Origin: Alloascoidea hylecoeti
Lineage: Eukaryota
Reading direction: 5' to 3'
DNA: 64,000 bases
Assembly (NCBI GenBank): GCA_001600815.1
Contig: BCKZ01000017.1
Coordinates: 98,390 to 162,389, forward strand
The notes beneath the pieces were generated by a model, which was given only the letters and a program-made list of their open reading frames with translations, was not told the DNA's origin and did no database searches. Within the stretch, counting starts at the first letter, position 1, and each line of letters starts with the position of its first letter. This document shows, piece after piece, positions 35,608-46,925 of this stretch. Both the position numbers and the translations under genes were made by a program.

Positions 35608-38600
35608 TTACTCCACCACAACCCAACCACTGGCCTGTTTCTTTTGCTTCACGTGAATCACTGGCAACTCCCATCCCACCCCTGGCCCCAATCTAGGTTT
35701 AACCCAACAATCTCTTTCCGTGGAACTGATCATTTTAGGTGCATATGGGTAACCAAGTGGCTTAGAGTATGCCAATAATGAACTCTTCTTCGCCACATTA
35801 GTTAGTAAGGATCCCGTAATATCGACCAAGGGTCTCAATCTGATTTTTGAAGAATCATTTCCATGAAGTGACTGATAAACAAGATAATCCGGTGGGATAT
35901 CACCTAAATAATTCAGCATTGATGATGAATGAATATACACAAATTCATCATCTTCACGAGTAATTCGAGATTCCAGCAAGGTCTTGTAAGGAACATCGAT
36001 AACTCTATTCCGTGAGGGTTTCTTAACTTCCACTGAAATGAGATCTGCTCGGGCTGCAATTTGATCTATGAATCCAGCTGCAATCATTTGTTTTAATGCC
36101 TTTAACTGAACTTTTGAAGGTGGTTTTAATTTGAGGCTCTTCTTAACAATTTCATTTCCATTAATAGCAATAGATTCTTTTTGTGTATTAATAGCAACAA
36201 TGTAGTGAAGTTGTTTTCTCAAATTTTGAATTTCCTGCATGATTTTATTCTTCAAAAATGCCCTCTTTACGTAAATTTCAGCATTTCCCTTTTCAGCCTC
36301 ATAATCGTAAGCACATATAGCAGATAAAAGTTTCATAGCATCACTTTTCGAATCTAATTTGGAGAACATAGCATGTGCTTTGAAATATTTTTGTCTTAAC
36401 TGCCGTTTTTCCTCTTTATCTAAAGAATCGGTATCATTGGAGTCGTCAAAGTTTGATATGCCCAATTCCTGCTCATAGATAAAAGGGTCTCCAACAGATA
36501 AACCTGCAACAATAGCAATAATGTATGGCATGCATTCAAATTGGTCCCCAATTATCAACATCTTAGAATACCTTGGTGATATTGGGAATAAACTCATATT
36601 TTTTCCAAGTTCTGTCAAGTGTTTGTGATCATCAAGTGCATTTAAATATATCAATAACTTTTCGGCTTTCGCAAGATGTACACGATCTGGTGGAGTTGGG
36701 AAAGGAAATTTTATTACATTGTCAATTCCCATACTTTTCATGAGCAGAACTACACCTTCAACGGGCATTCTTAAAATTTCTGGTTTTGTGAATTGATCAA
36801 AATCACTCTCATAAACTGCTGATGAGTATAAGCGATAGCAATGACCTGGTCCAGTTCTACCCGCTCTTCCTGCTCGTTGTCCTGCACTTGCTTTACTAAT
36901 CCACTTAATATTATATCTTTGAACACCTGTATTTTCGTCAAATTCACGCTCCTTGACACGACCACAATCGACCACATATCTAATTCCTGGGATAGTCAAC
37001 GAAGTTTCAGCAACATTTGTTGCAATAATGCACAACCGGGAATTTGCAGGTGGATCTTGGAAAACCTTCATTTGTTCTTTTGTTGGTAATAATGAATATA
37101 ACGGCAAAACAAATAAATCTTCAACTTGGTCTTCTTCTTCCTTAGCAAGCACTTCTTCGAACCCATCTTCTTCATCACTATCAGCGTCATAGTCATCAAC
37201 TTCACTTTCAATCCCACCAATTTTCTTTTCTTCGAAATCATGTTCTTCGTTTCCAAATTCTATCTCTTCAACCTCTGTTGTGGTATTTCTTGCTGAAACT
37301 TGAACTTTTATATTTTCAGAATCTGATACTCCCTTTATTTGGTCTTTTTTCTTATTAGAAAATTCTTTCCGTAGTCTTTTCACAATATTTGTAATTTCGT
37401 TTTGACCTGTCATAAATACAAGTATACCACCAGGTGGTAAGCGTTTATGGATCTTGCTAACCTTTTTAAAAGCCTCCTCGGAATAATTGGGTACCGTTCG
37501 TTTGTTGAAATGAATTCCAACAGGGTATTGACGTGCTTCCACGTTGAGAACAGGTGGTGGAGTTTGAAAAAGAATCCTATTTTCTGTAAAATCACCCACT
37601 CTAAGAGTAGCGGACATAATAATAAGTTTTAATGGTTGTATTAATTTATCTGTTTCGCTCATTTCTCTCCGTAATTTCACTACTCTACTAAGCATTCCAA
37701 TTAAGATATCAGTATTCACATTTCTTTCATGGGCTTCATCAATAATAACAACTGAGTAATTTTTTAATAACAAATCGTTCATCATCTCACGTAATAAAAC
37801 ACCATCAGTCATAAATTTAATGGCAGTATCTTTCTTAACAGTGCTATCAAACCTAATTTGATGACCAACTCGGAATTTATGGGTTTCGCCAAGTTCAGTA
37901 GCAACTCGTTCCGACATAGCAACGGCAGCGACTCTTCTAGGTTGAGTTACTCCTATCATGCCTTTGGATTCGGAACTAGTACCAAATCCAGCTTCGAATA
38001 GAAATTGTGGTACTTGTGTAGTTTTACCAGAACCTGTCTCACCACATAGAATAATGCAATCATTATGATAAATAGCCTCCATGATTCTATGTTCTTCTCC
38101 AACAACAGGTAATTGAAGGCGCTGTTCTTGAATTTCATTGGTTCGTTGGACATCAACAAAGAATGCTTTACGAGTGCTTTTTTCATCAATTGGAATAAAT
38201 TGTTCAGGAGGTGTAGCTTCTCGATCCTCAGGTCTATCTATTGGTTTATAATCAGCATGAGATTGAATAATTGGGGTCATAATAGGTTCACTATCACCAT
38301 TCTGTTCTTTTATAATTTTATTGGCCCACATCTTAAATCCAGCACCTTTAGATGTTGGGACTTCTTCCTTTTCATTCTCATTGTTACCATCATCATCCGA
38401 TCCTGATTCTGATTCAATGGATGCATTATTTACTACTTCAAGGTCTTTCTGAACTACTTCTTCTAATGAGGAATATTTTTCATCTTCAAAGCCTAACCAT
38501 TCTTCTACGGATTCATTATCACTGGCAGATGAATCCTTACTATGATCTGAAGCTTCAGATCCACCTTCAGATTCAGATTCAGATTCGTCGGGTTGGCTAT

Positions 38601-39453
38601 CGCTTTCATCACCTGAACTTTCAAAATCCATCATCTCATCCTTCTTGTGTTTTCTTGCATTTTCAGCTTCAAGTCTTGCACGCCAGGAATATTTCATCTT
38701 TCCTGATTTTTGAACTTTGGGCAAGTTTTGAAATGTAAAACTGGACAATTTCACTCCATCTTTAGTTTGTGGTCGATGGTCTATGAACTGAGATTCAATG
38801 ATATTATCTTCATCTTTAGGTATTCCATGTTCATGACTTAATGAGTCGGTTGGTTTTGTTACTTCTTCCATAGTATCATTCCAATCTTTGACCTCTCGTT
38901 CTTCGTACAAGAGAGCTTTAGTCTCCTCATCTCCTCTTCCTTGTCTTTCTAATTCCAAAGCTTCAAGTATTTTTTCTTTCTTGGTCTCTTTACCTACCCC
39001 TAATTGTTTAGAACTGGAAAGTAATGAAGTATCAAAAGATGTATGTGATAATTTTTCTAAAATGATATTCTTCTCTTCACGCTTGAGTTGTCGTTCCTAA
39101 ATATTGATCTTGTTAGAGTAGTGCTTGAAAAGTATAAATATTCATATATTTGAACTTACGATGTACTTATCAAGTCTCTTTCGTTTGTTTCTTGATATTT
39201 TGTTCTCTTTGACAGGAATTAATGACTCTTCTAGTTTCCGTTTCCTTTCAGCCTTTTCTTCTGATGTCATTGGCAATAGTATTTCACTATTTGGATCCAC
39301 TTCTTTTGTTTCATTAACTGAATCATTGGCGTCTTGATTATTGTCCTCCTCATCACGATGGAACTGCTTCTGGCGAGCACGACGTAATGTGTCTTGCCTT
39401 TTCACCGTACCTGCCCTGGCCTTTTCATTAAATCTTTTTCTATATTTTCCCAT
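35608..39453 (-). CDS. ECM16: DEAH-box RNA helicase Dhr1/Ecm16 (18S rRNA processing); exons 39453-39160 and 39096-35608
   Basis: N-terminus MGKYRKRFNEKAR; a 63-nt intron (39159-39097, GTAAGT...CTCTAAC...TAG) joins KRLDKYI|ERQLKREEK; GETGSGKT, DEAHER, MSAT and QRAGRAGR motifs. Confidence 0.95.
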
Positions 39454-39759
39454 TTTTCATAAGGCCGTCTTGGGAGGAATACTGGTTGTGGTAACTTTTC
39501 AGACTTTTCAAATTTTCCTTCTGAAAAATATCAATGAGTATTGACACGTGATACAACTTTTATCTATTACAAAAAAATATACATCATTAAAGAATAACAC
39601 TTTTAATAGATTTGATTTTCAATATTTATGTTCTTTATTCGAATGGAAACAATCAATAATAATAAAAATAATAAAAGGCAACAAAAGCAATCATAATTTA
39701 ATGAAAAGTTTAATGGATTTCAAGCCTTCAACAAATATATACAAATGATAATAATAATA

Positions 39760-40823
39760 ATTTTGATACATTAAAACCAAATGTATATGCATATGAAATT
39801 TTAACAAATGAAGAATTTAAATTTTTAAAACCTGATATTAGTAAATATGTCGATTATTTAAATATTTCAAAAATAAAAATGAAATGTTAATGTTAACAAT
39901 AATAGTGCCAGTACAAATGATATTAATTCAAAATAATAATATTGAACAAGCTACTAATTATCTATTAGAAAATCAAGATGCAATTATAGTTGATGATTCT
40001 CAAAATTCTGAAAAAATAGAAGAATCACTCTATATCCATCAACAACATTCTAAATATGATATTGATGATAGTTCAAATAATGACTTTAGTAATGTTTCCA
40101 TTATACATGGTAAGAGGCAACAGGAAACAGAATTATCAAAAATCAATGGAGATACAAAGAGTAAAACATTAACAGCTGCACTAAGATTGATTTATGAAGC
40201 TGATGGTGATGAAAGAGATGATACATATAATGATGTTGAAGTTCTTAAAACAACAGCAACTACAAAAAGAAACAAAAATAGTAATAATAATAATAATAAC
40301 GTTGATGAGGATATTGATGATGATGATGAAGATAAAAAACAATCTTCAACATCACAATATGATAAAAATGAAGAATTTCTTTGGGATTTATTTAAACGTG
40401 ATAAATCATTATTTGAAAAATCATCAAGAAAATCAAAGATAAGAAAAGATTTGAAAGATTCAACTAAACGGTCAGATGAACAAATTGAAGGATGGTGATG
40501 AATGTTACTTAAAGAACTACGAAGAATAAAATTTTTAAAAGAAAAGTATTTGTTTCAGGGAAATATACAAAATAGAGAAAAACAATAATTCCTGAGGATG
40601 ATGGTGATGAAGGGAGTGATGAAGAAGTTGATAGTGGACTTTCGACAAGTCCTGCAACTAACACTACCTCAAATACAAAATCAAATTCAAATACGAAACC
40701 AATGCAAATAATCCAAAAGATGATAAACGAACACATGCCAGAAATGCACAGAATAAAGCTAAACGGGTCAATCGTAACAGAAAAGCCGGTTTTGCTAAAG
40801 GGATGAGTAAAGCAGGAATATAG
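39760..40823 (+). pseudogene. CUE3: CUE3/RQT3 (ASCC2-like) pseudogene, N-terminally eroded
   Basis: CUE tail NNNIEQATNYLLEN; KTLTAALRLIYEADGDERDDTY; SDEQIEGW followed by TGA TGA (40496-40501) where the family continues (x)RML; after frameshift(s), C-terminal ARNAQNKAKRVNRNRKAGFAKGMSKAGI* (to 40823). Confidence 0.8.
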
Positions 40824-41668
40824 CTTGATATATATTAATCTCATGTTTTAAATCTACTATTTATAAAAGTGTTAAAGAGTTACTATCTGAAAAATGTTTT
40901 TGCTGAGATTTAAAATTTGTTACAATTGATTATTCTAAGATCTATCCATCAAACTAGACAACTAAATTGTTCTTAAAGAAACAAAACCCAAAAATTAGTT
41001 GATAAACAATTTTAAATAAAAAAAAATACATTTCACTTATAATTTAGACCAAGTTGATTTGGCGAATGTAATAAAAATACTTTTGTCAATCGAATTGAAT
41101 ATACAGTAAATTATATCTCATCGTATGAAAATAAGTCATTATATTAAGACTTCAATGACTTCTGTAGATACAGCCAAACACTTCATTTTGGCCAAATAGT
41201 GGGGTAATACTTATCTGGCCACCTTTCCGAGTGCAATCAATGATGTATTAAATTTTGGGCGAGCTTCACGGGTGTCAAAGTATTAAAGTTGAAGATCCAT
41301 TAATATTGAGAGATTATAATTATAGATCCCACTCAATAATACAGGAATCGAAAATATTTTCTTCATGAATTCCATAGGGGTGGATTCCAGAGTACGATCA
41401 AGACAGAAACATAAAAATGTCAACATTCCTAGCCTCCAATGAACTCGGGATCGGATCCTGAAACGAATATTGACCTCCTGATCATCTACAATCATGTGTA
41501 TGTAAATTTTTATCGTTATTTCTACTATAGTTAGTTATATTACTAAGTAGTGCATAAGTACTAATTTGTTTATTCATCTTTCTTTATTTTTTAATTAATA
41601 ATAGACTTAATTCAGTTCATCATAAACATATTTAAAATAGTTAAGTAAAATATATAACATCAGTGAAT

Positions 41669-42410
41669 TTATTTCTTTTGTCCTTGAGCAGTGACAGCAG
41701 CGGCACCAGCAGCACCAGCTTCAGGATCCAATAATATGATGGTTTAATTGGTTTTAAATCATCATCTAATTTATAAACTCATGGAATACCAGTGAGTAAA
41801 TTCAAATTAGCGATATCAGCATCACTAAATCCATCCAAAGTTTTAACCAAAGCACGTAATGAATTTCCATGAGCAGCAATTAAAACAGTTTTACCTGACA
41901 ATATATCTGGTTTGATATCTGATTCCCAATATGGTAATAAACGTTCAATAACCAATTTTAATGATTCAGTCTTAGGTAAATCATCTCCTGGAACATCGGC
42001 ATATCTTGGATCATTAGCTTGCGAAAATTCATTGTCATCGTGAATAACTGGTGGTGGAACATCAAATGATCTTCTATAAGTCTTGAATAATTCAGGTCCA
42101 AACTTTTCTAAAGCATCTGCTTTATCTTTTCCTTGTAGATCTCCATAATGACGTTCATTTAATCTCCATGTTCTCTTAACATCAATCCAAAGTCTATCTG
42201 AGACATCCAAAGCAATGTTAGCAGTTTGAATAGCACGCGATAGCTTGGAGGTGTAACGGGCTTCAACCCAGATTCCTTCAAAAATTCTCCGGCACGATGC
42301 GCTTCCTTTTCACCAGTAGGAGAAAGACGAACATCGACCCAACCAGTAAATAGATTCTTTTCATTCCAATCGGATTGACCGTGACGAACTAAAATAAGAG
42401 TATGAACCAT
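41669..42410 (-). pseudogene. GPM1: Phosphoglycerate mutase GPM1 pseudogene
   Basis: Full-length homology from [23 protein letters not shown] to the C-terminal Ala-rich tail. Lesions: a frameshifting deletion at ~42256 ([14 protein letters not shown]), TGA at 41781-41779 (TGIP*V) and a 1-nt deletion at ~41731 (YY/LDPEA). Confidence 0.92.
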
Positions 42411-42931
42411 TGTTGTAAGATGTTTATAGTTTGTAGTGCCAATTGATCTGAGAATTGCCTGAAACAAAAAATCAGAAGGAAGAAAAGGTGGGGTTTTCAT
42501 TATAATTTGTCCTTAAGTTGAAATGCAACTTTCCCCAAACAACATGTAAAGGAACAATCATGACATCGTCATTATTTTGGGTGTTCCTTTGGTTATTGTT
42601 TCGCAAGTACATTCAACATTTCTTGGATGCATTTTATATTGGTTCCTGAAAAACATTCCACAGCTCTTGAACTAGCCAGTTCGGAATTGTATTTCATTCT
42701 TACCGCACATTTGATATCTTATTATGTTTATGACTTCTAGAACTTTTCCTATTAATAGCTTTTGGATTTATCTATATAAACGTAAGATAAATCCCACTTT
42801 AAAAGGGAGGAGGTTAGCTTTAATACATTTTTCCTGTTTAGATCTTGATCGTCGTCTGTATCTGATTCCGCCAGTTACATCTACTGTAAGCTATTAAGTC
42901 ATTAGTAGCTTACTTCACACAACAAAGTTAT

Positions 42932-43004
42932 GGTGTTGTGGCGCAATGGTGAGCGCATCGGATTTCGGTTCCGAAGGTTGCAGGTTCGAGTCCTGTCAAC
43001 ATCG
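42932..43004 (+). tRNA. tRNA-Arg, anticodon UCG (reads CGA), intronless
   Basis: Cloverleaf: acceptor GGTGTTG/CAACATC, D-stem GCGC/GCGC, anticodon stem TCGGA/TCCGA with loop TT-TCG-GT, T-arm GCAGG-TTCGAGT-CCTGT, discriminator G. A T5 terminator-like run starts at ~43052. Confidence 0.93.
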
Positions 43005-43592
43005 GTCCATTGTGAAGCGGAATACTCCTGTTCATTTCTGGATTTCTTCTCTTTTTGCCTTTTTGTTTGAAAAAAAACAATTGTCCATACACCCCCCACC
43101 CCCTGATCAGAAAAAATCCCACGGCCCTGATTCTCCGATACCGATAAATATATATAATCCAGAGATTGTTGTACCTGTGGGGTATAACAATTTTTTTTTA
43201 AATAATTCTCTGCTCATAATTTGTATCCTCTTAATTATAGCTATTAATTATATGCATAACTATACCCAATTGGGGCGTTAAACAGGATCAACTAAGTCGA
43301 TAACTACTAAAAAATGACCAATTTTATTTAAACGCCAGTTGCAATTAATTTCTCTTCAAATGACTAAATAAGTCCCTGTACTGCCGATCATAAATATTAA
43401 TAACCATCCGCTTTCAGGTATAAAAACCGCATAATCAACACTCAATATAGAAAAGATGCCTCAATAAAAAATTTGACAAATAAATGAAAATATAAAAGTA
43501 TATACTCCTTTGTGGTTTTAAGAGATGAGGTAAATTGTATTAAAAAAAGGGCATTTACAGTTGATTATTGATTGTAGGGTAGTTTCATAAAT

Positions 43593-45443
43593 TTATGGTT
43601 TCCAGCGGATTAATAGTTTTTCATCCAACCATTCATCAATTCCTTCTCTAATAACTGTTCTTGTTGATTTATCTTTCACATCAAAAACGTATTTATTTAT
43701 CCTTATATACTCAATATTTGGTTGTGCTGCAATAATTATATTAACAACTTGTTCATACCTAACCCAATGATCTAGTAAATATGTCGATTTAGTACCCAAA
43801 TAAGATGGTCCTTCTTCACCAAATAAATCAAGATATTTTAATTTTGGTAAATTTGAAACCAATGCTCCAATATAGGGTTGAATTGAAGAATTATGAATCC
43901 TTAAACCTATTAACTTTTTGCATTCAGCTATTTGTAATAATAATTTAATTGATATTAATTTATAAGGATCACAAAAAGATGATTCTTCTCTTGAATCAAT
44001 TGATAAATGCTTTAAAGTATTTTTATGAAATAAAATTGATTCAATATATTTTTCACATAAATTATTCCAAGATGAATAATTTGATAATTTTGTAATATTC
44101 CAATGAATTTTTAAATCAAGACTTTTTAAATTTTTAAAACTATAAATAAAATTTGATAAACTATCAATTAAATTTTCTTTTATATCAAGAGTTAAAACAT
44201 TAACATTTGGCATTTTATATTCTAATCTTTTTAAAAAGCTTGGTATTAAATTTCTTCTTTGTTCATTAATATTATTATTATTATCATTACCAAAACCTTG
44301 AACTTCTGTTATATTAGATAATGAAAAATTAATTAAATGATTTAATTCCATATTATTAATTAATAAATCAGCATCTTGTGGATTAACTAAAGTACCAACA
44401 ATTCCAAACCTTAATAAATTTAATTTTTTCTTAGAATTTTGAAAGACTTTAAAAAATGATGTTAATGAATTAAGATCTAATTGTTCTGATGATAAATGAA
44501 CCATTGAAAAAGAAAATGCAGTTGATATTTCATGAGTATTTGGTAAATCTTTTGCTATATATAAAGATCTTAATTTTTCAATGTTTTTGGAATTACATAA
44601 CATTTTAGCAATTAATTTTAAAATATCTGAATTAACATAAGGTGATATTGATAAATATCTTAAATTTGAAAAATTCATTTCAGATAGTTTTAAAACCCAT
44701 GAACCAGGTCTTAAAGCCATTTCTAAATCCAATGTATCGATTTTATCTCGATTTGGTAATGAATTTAAAATTTCAATAGTCATTTCCGGTGATGATTTCC
44801 AAATTAACGATTGTAAATTTATTAATTTTGGAAATATATTAAGTACTGCTTGAGATACTTCATATTCTGGTAAATCAAGACTATTATTACATTCAAATCT
44901 TTTTATAAATTTTGATTTAAAACCATCATCTTTCTTTAATGTCCTTAAACATGCTCTTATTCCTCCAACTGATCTAACCAATGTGTATGCAATATCAATT
45001 GTTGCAATTGGGAATTCGGAATATTGTTGACTTCCGTAGTTTGAACTATGATAAAGATCCACTTGAAAACTTTTATCAGAATCATTATAAAATGGCTCAT
45101 GAATTATTGATCTTTTCTTATAAATTTCTTTATTAAAATGCCGAAGTGCTGGATCAATCACTATACATTGATAAAGGCGTGATATTGTGGATTCAAATAA
45201 GGATCTTGAAGTTAAACATAAGTGAAATGCATCTGCCTGGTTACACTCTCTGGATATTTGTTCTCTTATTTCGAATGGTAATGTATCCAGATATACTGAA
45301 GATGGTGATCTTTCAATTTTTGGAATGTCTGATATAAATCCTGTTGTAACCGAAGGTTGAATGATTCCAGAGCTTATCACCATAGACCGTGAGTAAACAA
45401 ATGGGAGAAGATGAGAAACTCCTCCGTAGTAAGGTTCATCCAT
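43593..45443 (-). CDS. F-box protein with degenerate leucine-rich repeats
   Basis: F-box YLDTLPFEIREQISRECNQADAFHLCLTSRSL; LRR-like LxxLxL repeats (NLQSLIW, NLRYLSI, NLKSLDL, KLKYLDL). Start placed at ATG 45443 (MDEPYYGG); uncertain. Confidence 0.82.
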   Translation of the reverse strand: MDEPYYGGVSHLLPFVYSRSMVISSGIIQPSVTTGFISDIPKIERSPSSVYLDTLPFEIREQISRECNQADAFHLCLTSRSLFESTISRLYQCIVIDPALRHFNKEIYKKRSIIHEPFYNDSDKSFQVDLYHSSNYGSQQYSEFPIATIDIAYTLVRSVGGIRACLRTLKKDDGFKSKFIKRFECNNSLDLPEYEVSQAVLNIFPKLINLQSLIWKSSPEMTIEILNSLPNRDKIDTLDLEMALRPGSWVLKLSEMNFSNLRYLSISPYVNSDILKLIAKMLCNSKNIEKLRSLYIAKDLPNTHEISTAFSFSMVHLSSEQLDLNSLTSFFKVFQNSKKKLNLLRFGIVGTLVNPQDADLLINNMELNHLINFSLSNITEVQGFGNDNNNNINEQRRNLIPSFLKRLEYKMPNVNVLTLDIKENLIDSLSNFIYSFKNLKSLDLKIHWNITKLSNYSSWNNLCEKYIESILFHKNTLKHLSIDSREESSFCDPYKLISIKLLLQIAECKKLIGLRIHNSSIQPYIGALVSNLPKLKYLDLFGEEGPSYLGTKSTYLLDHWVRYEQVVNIIIAAQPNIEYIRINKYVFDVKDKSTRTVIREGIDEWLDEKLLIRWKP

Positions 45444-46925
45444 GACTTGATATAACAATAGTGAGTTGTTTAATATTATATATGGTAGATGATATAGTAT
45501 ACGTACTGTGTAACTTATAATTGTGGTAGTGTTAAAATAGGAATTAACCCCTGAGTTTATCGGGAATCCGTAATAAATAAGGAAGTGAGCAAAATCGTAT
45601 AATAGTAGCAATGAGTCTGTGTATCAAAAAAACAGGTTACGGAATGAAATAATCAAAGAAGTTCAATACAAAAGTAACAGGTACGGTATAATATAACATG
45701 AAGTTAAGTACGGATTTCAGTACAACCATGTACCATCTTATGCATGATATTCTAATCGTCACGTGTGTGGACGTTCGATTATGTTAGCTCCTACTCTTAT
45801 ATTCTGAACAAGCACATCTATGCTGATTTCGTTGGGTATTCTCACGATACCTTTTGATTTCAATGGAGTATGAAGGTTGTGTGTCACCTAATTATACTTC
45901 TAACAATATAATTTTACAATAGAAAACTAGATTTTAGTGACTGAATATTATAACTGAGCACTAGGCGCAAAACGTAACAATATAATTTTATAGTCTAGTT
46001 GTTAATTATAACGTTGAATGGTATATTTAAAAGTATATATATTAACTAAGATATTTCCAGATATCTAGATATCTAGAGATAGAGACGGAACGGCGTTAAC
46101 GTTGTGTATATGTACAATATATTTTAGCGGGATGAACTACTAATACACTGTTATACGGTTTGAAAAGCCGTCCTCGATCAATATTAATGAAGGAATATCT
46201 AAGCAAATGAGAAAATAAATATTTATTGTACTTTTCAGCCGATATTACCCAATCATAGATGAGTCCATATTTCCCCTCTAATAAGAAACTCCAACTTGGT
46301 TCCTCTTTATAACCTTACATCACTAATTAAATGTGTATATAATTAAAAATTCTGGCATATTTGATTCAACTAATCTAAGTTAAATGCCTACCTCGAGGAA
46401 TTCGAAGTATTAGCGGTTCATCAGAAATCTTGCATTGTTAGATTAAACTAAAACAAACATGTGGGAACTTAAGCTTAAGACTAAACATGGTGTAAAAAGT
46501 AAAGTTTTAATGAAAAACGGCTGGTTGAGAACCTAACTAATTATATTTATAAATGTGGTTAAGATGAAATTCGGAGTATTAGGGAGTAACCAGTTTACTA
46601 ATGTATAATTAAACCTAACTTAACGATTAAAAGAGCATGCTTAATATAAAATAATTAATAATATACTTACAATCTCCATTAATTATGTATTTTCATAAAC
46701 TACCGGTAAGCGTTAAGCGCTAACAGAACTTTATACATAAATAAACAATCAATTGTAATACATTCCTATCCTCTACTTTAATTGGTCAATTCTCAAGACT
46801 AATATTAATGTCCTAAAGAAAAAAAATATTCTTGATAGAAGGTATATATTATTTAAGAGAATTGAATAGCTCTAAATAGATTCAATAATATTTCAAGTTA
46901 AATCAGTTATGATTACAATTTTAAA

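Noticed and set aside
32791..38738. Numerous 60-140 aa ORFs overlapping the GPI gene and DHR1 (and similar ones over PLB, PPT1, HST3)
   Set aside because: Antisense or off-frame shadows of well-supported genes, with no independent motifs.
7639..39453. Alternative CUG decoding (Ser or Ala), as in several yeast clades
   Set aside because: CTG falls at positions that are Leu in homologs (Snf1 DAYQ-L-VQENK, Dhr1 EGVV-L-LMKSM, PWI VPEQ-L-IQ), consistent with the standard code. Only a few codons were checked.
42902..43281. ORFs 42902-43099, 42928-43122 and 42946-43281
   Set aside because: They overlap the tRNA-Arg gene and are explained by its GC content.
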